Virus record (IMG/VR): IMGVR_UViG_3300037493_005562
Source: an uncultured virus (IMG/VR IMGVR_UViG_3300037493_005562)
Taxonomy: Duplodnaviria; Heunggongvirae; Uroviricota; Caudoviricetes
DNA: 64,000 bases
Direction: 5' to 3' (one strand)
The position numbers and the translations under genes are program-made. This document shows, one piece after another, positions 53,996 to 64,000 of this stretch (position 1 is the stretch's first letter; the number at the start of each line of letters is the position of its first letter). The notes beneath the pieces were generated by a model, which saw nothing but the letters and a program-made list of their open reading frames with translations, was not told where the DNA came from and searched no databases.

Positions 53996-55603
53996 ATGTC
54001 TGTTGATACCAAGTGGAACGGGGAGTGGAAGGCCGTTCGTGAGTGGATCAGATCGCTGTTCCCTACCTCTCTCACCGACCCTTCCCTCGCGGCTGAGATC
54101 CCCTGCTCGATCGAGATCCACTTCGGTTCTCGCCAGCAGGTTGGGACGAGCCAGCCTGCGCGCAAGGTAGACGTGTCCGACATGGAGGCAGAAGACGCGG
54201 AGCGTCGGGTACTCCTGGACGTTGAAGAAGTGTTCGACACTCTCGGTCCCGAGCGTACTCAGGTCCTGCTCCAACTGAAGCCCACCCGACTCGTCGACGG
54301 CGCCGAGAAAGTCTGGAGTGAACGCACAAACCTTGTGCGGGGGTTTTCGCGCGTGACCGCAGTTCCGCAGCAGAGCGCGTTCCGTCCCGGCGCCGCCGCA
54401 GGGGCCCAGGCGCTCGCTGCTGCGGGGCACGATCCCGCCATCGCTTACGGCGGACGAGATCGGGTTCCGTCTGGCATCACCCTTCCGCAGATCGGAGGGC
54501 TTCCCGCTACAAGCTCTCCGTCGGCGATCCACCAGTCATGGAACGCCGCCGGGCAAGGTGCTCGTCCCCCTACGCTCGAAGCTCAGGTCGGAGCCGACAG
54601 CATGCTGCGCGGGGACGTGAACAACCAGAGCGTATGGCTCTACCTCGTCCAGCACCAGAGCGGGGAGATTCGGTTCCTGATCGAGCAGTGCGTAGGGATG
54701 ATGGCCCAGGTGATCGGCGTGACCGACAACATGGCGCGTGCAGCAGTGGCCGACTCGACGCGCAAGGGGAAGGCGGTCGAGGACATGATCAAGCAAGTAT
54801 CCTCGACGGAGCGTGATGCTGAGCGTGAGCGTGCACGTCTTGGGACCGAGGCCAAGCTCGCTCAGAGGGAGACGGAAATCCGGGATCTTGAACTCGAACG
54901 GCGGGATCTGGAGCTGGACAACCTTCGCGCGGAGATCCGCGCCTCAAAGGCGGCGGCCGAAGCCTCGGATCGTTTGCGTCAGGAGTCTGAGCGTCGTGCG
55001 GAACGGGAAGCGGCCAAGAAGAAGCCGAAGACGCCCGCTCCAGAAGAGGGTGGCGGGGGTCTTGGTGATGCGATCTCTCGGCAGTTCGAGGGCGCAGCCG
55101 GACAGTTCGTTCAGCAGGTCGTCGGTAACCTCGGCGGGGCGCTCGTCCAGGGCGCGACACCCGCAGCCCCCGCGGCGCCTGCCCCGGCTCCCGAGCCGGA
55201 ACCTGCCCCGGCTCCCCGCACGATCCGTCGAGGGGGTGTCGTTGTCACGCGGAGCGGAGGCGTGTCCCAAAACGCGGCGCCTGCACCTGCGGCGGCTCCG
55301 GCTCCTGCTGCTTCTCCGGGAGCGTTCGATCCCAACAACCTCACCCCTGAACAGGCTGCGTTCGGCTTGATGTTGCTCACGCCCGAGAAGCTGAAGGCGG
55401 CCATCCAGACGCTCACGCGTATGAATCGGGATCTCGCGCTCGACATCGCCGAGACGGCGGCGCGCGAAGTGGATCTCGTGGACGGCGTGACCGACGACGA
55501 CGATGAAAACGAGAACGAAGGTGACGACACGACGGGCGAAGAGGGCGACGAGGAAGATGCTGAAGGTGAAGACGCCGGAGACGGCGAAGAAGACGAGGAG
55601 TGA
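53996..55603 (+). CDS. Hypothetical coiled-coil protein with acidic tail
   Basis: AAGGAG RBS before MSVDTKW. Confidence 0.7.
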   Translation: MSVDTKWNGEWKAVREWIRSLFPTSLTDPSLAAEIPCSIEIHFGSRQQVGTSQPARKVDVSDMEAEDAERRVLLDVEEVFDTLGPERTQVLLQLKPTRLVDGAEKVWSERTNLVRGFSRVTAVPQQSAFRPGAAAGAQALAAAGHDPAIAYGGRDRVPSGITLPQIGGLPATSSPSAIHQSWNAAGQGARPPTLEAQVGADSMLRGDVNNQSVWLYLVQHQSGEIRFLIEQCVGMMAQVIGVTDNMARAAVADSTRKGKAVEDMIKQVSSTERDAERERARLGTEAKLAQRETEIRDLELERRDLELDNLRAEIRASKAAAEASDRLRQESERRAEREAAKKKPKTPAPEEGGGGLGDAISRQFEGAAGQFVQQVVGNLGGALVQGATPAAPAAPAPAPEPEPAPAPRTIRRGGVVVTRSGGVSQNAAPAPAAAPAPAASPGAFDPNNLTPEQAAFGLMLLTPEKLKAAIQTLTRMNRDLALDIAETAAREVDLVDGVTDDDDENENEGDDTTGEEGDEEDAEGEDAGDGEEDEE

Positions 55604-55605
55604 GT

Positions 55606-56112
55606 ATGAACGCCAATCTTGATCAGCGTCACGCGGAACTTGTGGAGCAGGCCGCCCGGGGTCTGGCGGCGGAATTGCTCCCCACGCTGACGATCGTCGA
55701 CGGATACGGACGACGTCCGAGTGAGATGAAGTACGTGATGACCAAGAAGGGCCCGATGGCGTACATCGGGGTCAAGGTCCCGAAGCCGACGGGGCTCGGG
55801 GCGAGCCTTCTGGTTTTGGATCACCATCTGTTGATGGGGATCATCCCTCCTGGCGCCACGCCAGCCGACTGGTTCGACTTCCCGATCCTGCTGAAGAGGA
55901 TCGCGGTTCTTCTCGGTGCAGATCCGAACGGCGTATCAGAGATGCGTACGGGATCTGCCGGTGCGAAGATCGTCGAGTCCGCGAAGGGGCTCGTGTCCCC
56001 TGGCAACGTTCACGCCGGATCTGGGAAGGTCACGGGGCTCGACGTCGGCGTCGGATCCTCGACCGAGCACCAGACGATCACGTTGCGTTGGCAGGCGCGG
56101 GAATCGGTGTAG
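55606..56112 (+). CDS. Hypothetical protein
   Basis: GAGGAG RBS. Confidence 0.6.
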   Translation: MNANLDQRHAELVEQAARGLAAELLPTLTIVDGYGRRPSEMKYVMTKKGPMAYIGVKVPKPTGLGASLLVLDHHLLMGIIPPGATPADWFDFPILLKRIAVLLGADPNGVSEMRTGSAGAKIVESAKGLVSPGNVHAGSGKVTGLDVGVGSSTEHQTITLRWQARESV

Positions 56113-56382
56113 GAGTCGAACGTCGCATGTTTCCGCGTTTGTCTGGAACGAACACGACCTGCTTCAGCACTAATCCGTCTTCACAGACGACTGCACGGAT
56201 CTCCGACACGATCAGGTTGTAGAACCCGGGCGGAAGACTCGGGGGGTACACGTTTGGGGCGCGGCCAGCGTACTCTTTTGGCGTCAACTCGCGATGCGCC
56301 CGCTCGAAGTCGACTTTCCGACAGTCCAGCGAAAATTCGTCGACGTGGTACCTTCCCGGCTCGTCTTCGTAGATTACGAGGT

Positions 56383-56775
56383 TCACTTCTCGTCCCAGTC
56401 GATGAGAAGATCCCACTCGCGCTCGCCGTCGGACCAGATCCACTGCTTGTTGGCGACGTCGTAGAGGTAGCAGTATTCCTGTTCGACGGCCTTGATCTTG
56501 AGGACCGTGTGCGCGGGATGGAGATCCTCGCCGCGATCCCGGTGGTACGCGATCGTGGTCCCGTGCTCAGGGCTGCTGAAGCTGTGCGGGCCGATCGGAT
56601 CAAGGCGAGGTTGAAGGTAGCTCAGGTCGCCGAGGGAGAGCAGGTGTCGGGCTTCTACTTCGCCGAACAGGAGTAGGATCGGCGCTTGGTGCTTCGGATA
56701 GCCATCGTTGTGGCAGTAGACGATCTCGCATGAGCCGTCGGTATTCAGGATCCCGATGTTGCTGCGTGTGGACAT
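56383..56775 (-). CDS. Hypothetical phage protein (MSTRS..YCHxDGYP type)
   Basis: MSTRSNIG..VYCHNDGYP..GDLSYL..IAYHRDRGE..EYCYLY. Confidence 0.75.
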   Translation of the reverse strand: MSTRSNIGILNTDGSCEIVYCHNDGYPKHQAPILLLFGEVEARHLLSLGDLSYLQPRLDPIGPHSFSSPEHGTTIAYHRDRGEDLHPAHTVLKIKAVEQEYCYLYDVANKQWIWSDGEREWDLLIDWDEK

Positions 56776-56944
56776 GGCGGCACCTCAGGGTTCGAGAAGA
56801 GAATAGGAAAGGGCGTTCCCTGGGTAACGGAGGCGTTGTGGCAGCAGCCGGTGCTGTGTTCGGGTTCATCGCAGGGAACCTCGTACCAGCAGGTGCTGCC
56901 GTCTTCGCAGAGGAACAACGCCCGTGGCGCGTACCACATCCCGG

Positions 56945-57397
56945 TCATCCGCGCATTCCGAAAGGGATCAGAAAGCTCACGACTTTCGCGTGCTTGCGAC
57001 CGTCTCGGGGATCTTCGGGACGGCGCGGAGCTACGGCGTTCCACGGATCCGCCCGCCCTTTGTAGTAGATCACGTACTGTTTCATCGCTTCGTTCCAGGC
57101 GACGATCCCCGTCCAACCCCCATCCGAGGGCGGACAGATGACCTCGCTATATTCGTTGACGAATGCCCACCAGTCAGGTCCGATCCTCGTCCCCGCTGGA
57201 ATTTTCTGTAATCCGGGTTCGAGCGGGACGCCGATCTCCCAAGCGAGTGCTGCACGGTCCGGGAGCGACCAGTGACTGAGATCCGATACTCGGAAGCCCG
57301 ACTGAATACGAAGCGAGATCGACCCATCCTCGCACACGAGTTCATCGTAAGTCTTCGCGATGAGACCGCTGGACGCGAGGGAGGGATCGGGGATCAT
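56945..57397 (-). CDS. Hypothetical protein (CEDG motif)
   Basis: ATGA overlaps; ELVCEDGS. Confidence 0.55.
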   Translation of the reverse strand: MIPDPSLASSGLIAKTYDELVCEDGSISLRIQSGFRVSDLSHWSLPDRAALAWEIGVPLEPGLQKIPAGTRIGPDWWAFVNEYSEVICPPSDGGWTGIVAWNEAMKQYVIYYKGRADPWNAVAPRRPEDPRDGRKHAKVVSFLIPFGMRG

Positions 57398-57961
57398 GTG
57401 AGATACCACGTAATTGTAGGGGCCGGGCTTGACGCCGACGCTCCTGTCACCGTCACGCCGACGTGAGTCATCGGAACGATGTTGACCAGTTCAGAAATCA
57501 ACCGAGAGGTACCGTCCTCACAGACGACTTCGCGCACACGTTGTTCGACCGTGTATGAGCCGGGTAAAAACACGGATGTTCTTTCCGTCACTCCCATTCG
57601 TGGATCCAGAGTTGGATGTTGATCTGTTGGAGAGGATCTTTTGCGAGGGACAAGATCACGGTTCCGCCCGCGGGGTCCTGTACACTTTGGACCTTCTCGG
57701 CGACCAAGTGGATCGCCGCGTCACGAACTTCGTCTGTGTAAGGTCGGCGGTCGTCTGTGATCACCATGAGCGACGCGCTTATGACACCGAAGCCCCTTGC
57801 CGCGCGGCGAGCGTTGTGGGCTTTCTCGTTCTCGACGTGAGCGACCAAACGTTGCAGACGCTCAACTTCCGCGAGGAGGACCTCTACGTCTTCCGTAGTC
57901 GGAGCCGCCTTGCGCGACTCGATTTCGAACAGGTTATCATCCGAGATGGGCGCGTTGGCGC

Positions 57962-58711
57962 TCACTCTTTGCCGTCCCACGGAGGCAACGAGTCGTCTTC
58001 TTCCTCGTCGTCTTCGGACTCCTCCGAGTCGTCTTCTTCCTCGTCTTCTTCCTCGTCGTCTTCGGACTCCTCCGAGTCGTCGTCTTCGGACTCCTCCGAG
58101 TCGTCGTCATCTTCGGAATCTTCCGCTTCCTCGCTGTCGTCGTCAGCTTCTTCCTCTTCTTCGCCTTCTTCGATCAAGAGGGCGGCGTCGAAGCTTTCGA
58201 TGTCCTCGCCCGTGTAGTCGAGCAGGAACGCGACGATGCCCGCTGCCTGGAGACGCTCCACGGCCAGCCACATTTCATCCGGGGCTGCTTCGACGTCGAA
58301 ATCGGATCCTGCGGCCATCGCCTTGGTGGCTTCGCGATCGTTGCGGTCGACGACTTCGAGGTGCGTCCACACACCGTCCATGAGGATGGTCTCGGCGCGC
58401 TCCACGTCCGCATCCGTACCGTTGATGGAGATCAGCCAGTCGAACGAGATGTCAGGGTCCTCTTTCAGAAGACGATCGATAGACGTCGAGATCGTGACAA
58501 GTTCGCGTTCCTCTTCGAGCCCCCACCCGTTGGAGCCCACGCGGGTCTTGGGGATCAGTACGTCGATCTCCCGCTTGACGGCGGCAGCAAGGGAGGCGGG
58601 TATTTCCCCGTCGATCTGGATCAGCGCGGTGTCAATCGCAGAGCCGCCAAGGTTGTTCCACCGAGCCAGCTTGGTTCCGAGGATCTCGTGAAGTACGACG
58701 GTGTCAGGCAT
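57962..58711 (-). CDS. Highly acidic protein with (DDSEESE)n tail
   Basis: GGAG RBS; repeats at 57990-58170. Confidence 0.65.
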   Translation of the reverse strand: MPDTVVLHEILGTKLARWNNLGGSAIDTALIQIDGEIPASLAAAVKREIDVLIPKTRVGSNGWGLEEERELVTISTSIDRLLKEDPDISFDWLISINGTDADVERAETILMDGVWTHLEVVDRNDREATKAMAAGSDFDVEAAPDEMWLAVERLQAAGIVAFLLDYTGEDIESFDAALLIEEGEEEEEADDDSEEAEDSEDDDDSEESEDDDSEESEDDEEEDEEEDDSEESEDDEEEDDSLPPWDGKE

Positions 58712-59083
58712 AGGGTGTGCTCCGGCGGCGCAAAGGTCAGGTTAGGCGGTAGCTCTATAAGCCACGAACGAGGGCACGTTGGGCCAGCAAGTGTCCTCGC
58801 CTACTGCCAGTAACCATCCCGCAACGGTTGGCAATGGGTAAAAGTGTAGTTTGCATCGTAGAGACACGGGTCAACGTCACTTTTGGGCGGTACACTACTT
58901 GGTGCGGTCCCATAAGGCACGAGGGTATCGGCGTTGGACCTAGACTTGCGTGGAATCGGCTGATAGCCTTTCGGTGACGTACACGCCGGGTACGAGATCC
59001 CTTGGGGTCTACGCATCCCGACAGACACCACTCCCGAAAGTCCCGAAATCTAGGGACGAAACAAGTTCAATCGGAGGCTCACA

Positions 59084-62000
59084 GTGCGTACCGCCTACCA
59101 CCGCAACCACCTGCGCCAGATCACGGGGCCCTCAGAAGAGGAGCTTGCCTGTGGCCTGCCCGTCAACTTCATCGTCGGTGGATTCTTCCCTGACGTGCCT
59201 ACGACCAAGGGCGCCTACCACAAGGGCGACGCCTGGGGTGAGGGCGAAAAGCTCCACAAGTCCCGGTACGCTGGTTTCCGCGGCGATGCTGATCCCTCGA
59301 ATGTGTCGGGTCTCGACGACGAGGAAGCGTACCTCCCCTGGCTCGGTACCGAGTGGGACGTCGGTGGTCGGGGCAAGGGCTTCAACCCGAACCGCTACAT
59401 CAGCCGGGCAGCGGGAGCGTTCACGCCGCGCGGCGGTTTCCGCACCGGTCTGTCGCTCGACTCCTACGGCACCCCGGTCGGCGCGATTGCCTCCGAGTTT
59501 TCAGGAGAGGACGACGAGGGCGACATGGTCGACTTCTCGATGACGGGCGCGGGCATCGGCCGAGGCTTCAACGCCCCGGGTCTGTACAAGGCGTCGCGAG
59601 GATCTTTCGGTCGCAAGCAGGGCCTTCGCGGATCATTCCTCGACGGCAATCCGGCGCAGGTCGGCGGGTATGCTGCCGACATCGGTACCTACTCGGACGC
59701 GGTGCAGTCCGGTGCCATCGCCAGTGAGTTCAACGACGCGTACGAGGACGAGGAAGACGCAGCGATGGTCGACTTCTCGTGGACCGGCGCAGGTCCGGGT
59801 CGCGGCTTCAACCGTCGCGGGCTGTACGGCGTGGGTAGGGGCGGTTTCGTTCGGCGTGAAGGCTTCCGCGGCAACTTCCTTGACGGCAATCCCGTCCAGG
59901 TCGGAAGTGCTGCGGGTCGAGACATCAAGCACGCGGAGCACTTGAAGCAGATCACCGCGCTTCTTGCGGAGATCAAGGCTACGGGGAAGGTACCCACCAA
60001 CGCCCGTCTCCAAGCGATTGCGAGCGTGTTCTCGATCATCCCCGGTGGAAAGCCCAGCCCCGTCGACGCGACGTGGAAGTGGATCGCGTGGTTGGAGAAG
60101 ACCAAGGCGAAGCTGGAGTCCAAGGTCGGCGCTATGCAAGAGACCGCTGAGGAGAAGGAGGCGGAGCAGGTGCGTCGCTATGCGAAGCGTAGGGGTGCTA
60201 TCGTCCGCGCGGCCGAAGCGTTCAAGGAGTGGGCGACCGACGAGTTGATCCCCACGTTCTCTCGTTTCGCGGACACGGACGGCAACGCATTCGGGTACAT
60301 CGTCGAACTCCCTTCGGAAAACGATCGTTCCGACGCGAACTCAGCGGCGCAGCGCATCGCACGTCGTCACAACACTCACTACGTGTTCGTGGGTCGGGAC
60401 GAGGGTTTTGACGTCGGTGAGGACGAGCAGGTCGTGATCTTCTCCGACAACGCGGCGGCGGCGATCTTCGTTCCTGCGCAGTTCTCGGTCTCCGGGTTCG
60501 ACATGATCTCGGCGAAAACCGGAGCCCTGTTCGGCAAACTCAAGGAGCGCCTTCAGTCGTTCGCAGGTGGCGGTAACGAGGTGAAGCAGCTTGAGGGCAA
60601 GGTCAAGCGCCTGAAGAAGCAGCTCGGCGGCGCCGAAGCCCAGCTCGCTGCGGCGAAGGCGGATGGGGACGGAGCCAAGTCCGAGGAGGCGGAATCTGGT
60701 CGCATCGCTGTAGGCTTCCTTGGCAAGCGCAAGGGGCAGGCTGCGGAAGGCAAGGTCGTACTTTCGGCCGGGAAGTACGACATTAGCAAGCGCACCGAGG
60801 ACGCCGACGAAGACGATGATGAGGATGCTCCCGCTGCCCCCGCGTACGACCATACCCTCTCTGACGGAGACGAGGGCGAATCTGTGAAGGTTCTCCAGCG
60901 CGCCCTGAATGCGGGTCCTGGATTCAATCTCTCTATCGACGGAGATTTCGGACCCTCGACGACAGCGGCGGTTCGTACCTTCCAGAAGAGCGCGCAGATC
61001 ACCGCTGACGGGGTGTTTGGTCCCGACACGTTGGTGGCGTTGAATCGCAATCTCAAGGGGCACGGCAAGCCCACCGTTCGATTCAGCGGCAGTGACCTTG
61101 TCGTGGGGGGGCTGGCCGGGTCCGGCTACCCTTTTGACGAGTCGGGCGCTCTCGATCTCGACGATCTCCGTGAAGAGGCCGAAGAGGCACAGGACGCCTA
61201 CGACGACGCGGTGAGGGAGTTTCGAGCCCGTCGAGGTTCCGCGAGCGCTGTGCGCGAAGCAGGTCACCGTAAGGCCCAGACTGGCGCAGCGTACACAGCG
61301 GCGCAGGAAGAAGCGGAGGAAGGCGGGACCGTGATCCGGTCCTCGGGCTTCACGCCGATGAGCGCGCAGTACGCGATGACGGCCGCTGGACTTCCCGGTA
61401 TGAGTGGTGTTCTTCCGTCCGGCGGCTTCGACGTTGGCAAGCTGTCCCTGAAGACTGGCAAGAAGGCCAAGAAGAAGCGCAAGGCTCGGCAGGCTGAACG
61501 AAAGGCGACAAAGGCCGCGGGTCGACCCAAGATGATGGGCACCAAGAAGTGGGGCAAGATCAAAGCAGGCAAGAAGCCCTCTGGGATGACCCAGAAGAGG
61601 TGGGGCAAGCTTCAGGCAGGCAAGAAGCCCATCGGAATGGGCAAGAAGAAGTTTGGCAAGATCCAAGCAGGTCTCGGTGCCTCGTCCTCGATGTCCAAGA
61701 CTCGTCCGACGGGTTCGGGCTCGGGCGTGACGCATACGCGTCCGAAGGGTCTCGGCGCCTCTGTGCCCACGACCTCGCGCGCACAGCCGGGCGCGGGAAC
61801 GCCTCCAGGCGCTTTGCCTCTCTCGACGGACCCTGGAATGATTCCGCTGATTCCGCCGAAGGATCCCATGATGGACCCCATGATGCCTCCTCCGGGCGGC
61901 GAGATGGGCGGTGGCGGTGGCGGCCCCATGGGTGGCGGTGGTGGTGGCGGTGAGCCTCCCGGCGGTGGTGGCGGTGGCGGCCCCATGGGCGGCGGTGGTG

Positions 62001-62713
62001 ACGAGCCCGAGGACGACGACTACGACTTCGGTGACCAAGAGGAAATCGAGGACGAACAGGATCCTGGTTTCCAGATCATCGATCTTGGCGGCGACGAGGA
62101 AGAAGAGGAGCCCGACGCACAGTTCATCTCCCTCGACGGAGATGAAGAAGAGGGCGAGGAAGACACCGACACGGGTGTCCGTGTGATCCCGATGCCTCGC
62201 CCGGGCTTCGGTCGTTTCGGCTTCATGGGTCCGAGCGTCAAGGCCCCCGGAAAGCACGGTCGCGCGATCGGTGTCAACCCGATGGGTCAGACGATCTACG
62301 AATCGGGTCGGATCGTGATCGGATCCGTCGGTCACTCGGAAGACGAGGACGATGGACACTACGACGACATCTACTACGACGAAGACTCGTACTACGATGA
62401 CGCCGAGGACGACGAGGACGACTCCGGCCTGATCGGACTTTCGCCCGGGGACCTCGAAGCAGATCCTCAGTCGTACATCGACATCGACTTCGGTGACGGT
62501 CACTCAGAAGAGATCGAGACCGGCAACATCGACTTCGCGGATCTCGTGGGCGCTCATCCACATCCGCGTCTTCGTCGGGCTCGGGCTCGTGCGCAGGGTC
62601 GGGGCCGTGGGCCTCGGGCACACCCCAAGCATCCTCCGCACCCGCAGACTCCTCCCCCGCGGCGCCGTCGTCCGGGCTGGAAGAAGCGTCAACTCGGTCG
62701 CGGCCCTCGGTAA
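59084..62713 (+). CDS. 1209-aa modular protein with peptidoglycan-binding (PG_binding_1-like) domain; probable virion protein
   Basis: GGAGG RBS; TLSDGDEGESVKVLQRALN..IDGDFGPSTTAAVRTFQ..ADGVFGPDT; internal repeats. Confidence 0.75.
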   Translation: MRTAYHRNHLRQITGPSEEELACGLPVNFIVGGFFPDVPTTKGAYHKGDAWGEGEKLHKSRYAGFRGDADPSNVSGLDDEEAYLPWLGTEWDVGGRGKGFNPNRYISRAAGAFTPRGGFRTGLSLDSYGTPVGAIASEFSGEDDEGDMVDFSMTGAGIGRGFNAPGLYKASRGSFGRKQGLRGSFLDGNPAQVGGYAADIGTYSDAVQSGAIASEFNDAYEDEEDAAMVDFSWTGAGPGRGFNRRGLYGVGRGGFVRREGFRGNFLDGNPVQVGSAAGRDIKHAEHLKQITALLAEIKATGKVPTNARLQAIASVFSIIPGGKPSPVDATWKWIAWLEKTKAKLESKVGAMQETAEEKEAEQVRRYAKRRGAIVRAAEAFKEWATDELIPTFSRFADTDGNAFGYIVELPSENDRSDANSAAQRIARRHNTHYVFVGRDEGFDVGEDEQVVIFSDNAAAAIFVPAQFSVSGFDMISAKTGALFGKLKERLQSFAGGGNEVKQLEGKVKRLKKQLGGAEAQLAAAKADGDGAKSEEAESGRIAVGFLGKRKGQAAEGKVVLSAGKYDISKRTEDADEDDDEDAPAAPAYDHTLSDGDEGESVKVLQRALNAGPGFNLSIDGDFGPSTTAAVRTFQKSAQITADGVFGPDTLVALNRNLKGHGKPTVRFSGSDLVVGGLAGSGYPFDESGALDLDDLREEAEEAQDAYDDAVREFRARRGSASAVREAGHRKAQTGAAYTAAQEEAEEGGTVIRSSGFTPMSAQYAMTAAGLPGMSGVLPSGGFDVGKLSLKTGKKAKKKRKARQAERKATKAAGRPKMMGTKKWGKIKAGKKPSGMTQKRWGKLQAGKKPIGMGKKKFGKIQAGLGASSSMSKTRPTGSGSGVTHTRPKGLGASVPTTSRAQPGAGTPPGALPLSTDPGMIPLIPPKDPMMDPMMPPPGGEMGGGGGGPMGGGGGGGEPPGGGGGGGPMGGGGDEPEDDDYDFGDQEEIEDEQDPGFQIIDLGGDEEEEEPDAQFISLDGDEEEGEEDTDTGVRVIPMPRPGFGRFGFMGPSVKAPGKHGRAIGVNPMGQTIYESGRIVIGSVGHSEDEDDGHYDDIYYDEDSYYDDAEDDEDDSGLIGLSPGDLEADPQSYIDIDFGDGHSEEIETGNIDFADLVGAHPHPRLRRARARAQGRGRGPRAHPKHPPHPQTPPPRRRRPGWKKRQLGRGPR

Positions 62714-62734
62714 TCAACGTACAGGAGATTCCCG

Positions 62735-63064
62735 ATGCCACGTCTCGTTGTAGGTCGAATCCAGACGCCAACTCCCGCGCAATCCCCGCGCATGGTCGTG
62801 GGGCGCACGGCGCCGCAGGTCGGCATGCTGTCGTCCGCGTCGGGCAAGTATCCGGTGAATGGCGCGATGCGTCAGAGTCTGAATAACTGGATCTACGACA
62901 AGCCCGAAGAGTACGGAATGACCGAAGGCGAGGCCACACGCGACTGGGATCGGATCGAGAAACGCATTCAGCGTTTCTATTCGATGTCCGGAGGCTACGG
63001 CGACGACATCGGTTGGAAATCCGGGGTGTTCGGCCACGGGTTCAACTTCCAGTACGCCTTGTAG
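62735..63064 (+). CDS. Hypothetical protein
   Basis: AGGAG RBS. Confidence 0.6.
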   Translation: MPRLVVGRIQTPTPAQSPRMVVGRTAPQVGMLSSASGKYPVNGAMRQSLNNWIYDKPEEYGMTEGEATRDWDRIEKRIQRFYSMSGGYGDDIGWKSGVFGHGFNFQYAL

Positions 63065-63289
63065 GTTTCCTCCTACCCTTTTCCGGGGTAGCCCGGATTT
63101 AGCTGACAGCAAGTTGACTAAGTAGTAAACGTCCATAGCGACCACACTCGGCGGTGCGGTTTCACAAGGACGGCGAATCAGGTTTCAACCCGCTTTTCCG
63201 TCTTGCACACAAATCTCACCTCCGATAAAGTTTCAACCATCAGCGAGAGCACGAGAAATCGGGTTCACGCCAAGCCAGGAGACGCCACG

Positions 63290-64000
63290 ATGAATGCCCC
63301 CTCGGTAGCCGATATCCAGAAGAGCCTTGGTGGAGCCGTCAAGGCCCCGTCCAAGAAGTCGACCAAGAAGTCGGCGAAGAAGGCTCACGCCAAGAAGGCG
63401 CACAAGCCCGCGAAGGCTTCGACGGCCAAGAAGGCTTCCAAGAAGTCCTCCAAGAAGACCGGCAAGCGCAGCAAGCGCGCGTCGGGCATCTGGTCGCGCA
63501 TCCTCGGCGCGAAGGGCCGTCAGGGTCAGGTCACCAAGGCGGCAGTCACCGTCGGCGAAGTGATCCTCGCTGGCGCTGCGGCGCAAGGCATCAAGGCTGT
63601 GTATCAGGGCCGTGGCGGCGACTTCAGCCCCATGGGCGTTGACCTCCGCATCCCGCTCGGCCTCGCGGCGTTCGTACCCGCGCTCTGGAAGAAGGAGTCG
63701 ACGAACCACCACTGGCTCAACATCGGCACCGGCATCCTCGGCTCGTACCTCTTCGACAAGACGTATGAAATGGCTGGCAATCTCAAGATTGCTCAGGCTC
63801 CCAGCGCGGTGGCTTCGGGCATCGTGGTCGGCCGCCTCGGCAAGCGCCGCGAGAAGCACCTGGAGAAGAAGGAAGGTCGCCTTGAACACCGCCTGGACAA
63901 GCTCCGCGGCAAGCAGGGTCGCCTCGCTGAGAAGCACCCCGAGCTTGCGTCGCGTCCCGCTCCGAGCCGCGCGCAGCCCGGCCGCCCCGGCGGTCGCCCT
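63290..64000 (+). CDS. Partial gene: Lys/Ala/Ser-rich (histone H1-like) N-terminus followed by hydrophobic segments
   Basis: AGGAG RBS; MNAPSVADIQKSLGGAVKAPSKKSTKKSAKKAHAKK...; open to window end, so absent from the ORF track. Confidence 0.75.
   Translation, partial: MNAPSVADIQKSLGGAVKAPSKKSTKKSAKKAHAKKAHKPAKASTAKKASKKSSKKTGKRSKRASGIWSRILGAKGRQGQVTKAAVTVGEVILAGAAAQGIKAVYQGRGGDFSPMGVDLRIPLGLAAFVPALWKKESTNHHWLNIGTGILGSYLFDKTYEMAGNLKIAQAPSAVASGIVVGRLGKRREKHLEKKEGRLEHRLDKLRGKQGRLAEKHPELASRPAPSRAQPGRPGGRP

Noticed and set aside
60341..62503. 720-aa minus-strand ORF
   Set aside because: Antisense shadow of the 1209-aa gene
1..64000. CRISPR array or cas genes
   Set aside because: No repeat-spacer periodicity; the repeats seen are tandem coding repeats or iterons, and the only RuvC protein is TnpB-sized

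Overview
High-GC segment of a large phage or phage-like replicon. No capsid, terminase or host housekeeping genes are visible, so the element type and host are inferred, not proven. It carries two minus-strand tRNA arrays. Array 1 (1-1407, continuing off the left edge) encodes Arg, His, Asp, Lys, Pro, Glu, Met, Asn, Ile, Gln and Cys tRNAs. Array 2 (24551-27219) encodes only Leu, Phe, Tyr, Trp and Ser tRNAs. The window also has dense runs of small hypothetical genes, four free-standing HNH-type endonucleases, an HNH-RNA ligase fusion, ATP-grasp, JAB, phosphatase, class II amidotransferase, DNA methylase, Dda/RecD helicase and SLOG genes, a solo TnpB, a candidate replication origin, and the start of a probable structural-gene block. 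Main finding: each tRNA array is preceded by a near-identical promoter, a short leader ORF and alternative antiterminator/terminator hairpins. The codons of each leader match that array's own tRNAs (leader 2 contains SFYSSWSSSYLLS; leader 1 almost lacks S/F/Y/W/L and has a codon for each visible array-1 anticodon). This suggests ribosome-mediated attenuation that switches on phage tRNA arrays when those aminoacyl-tRNAs become scarce. Also notable: two circularly permuted tRNA-mimic RNAs in array 2, three Leu tRNAs without a variable arm, and a 17-bp operator-like palindrome at nine promoters. All tRNA, RNA-fold and protein-family calls were made by eye.
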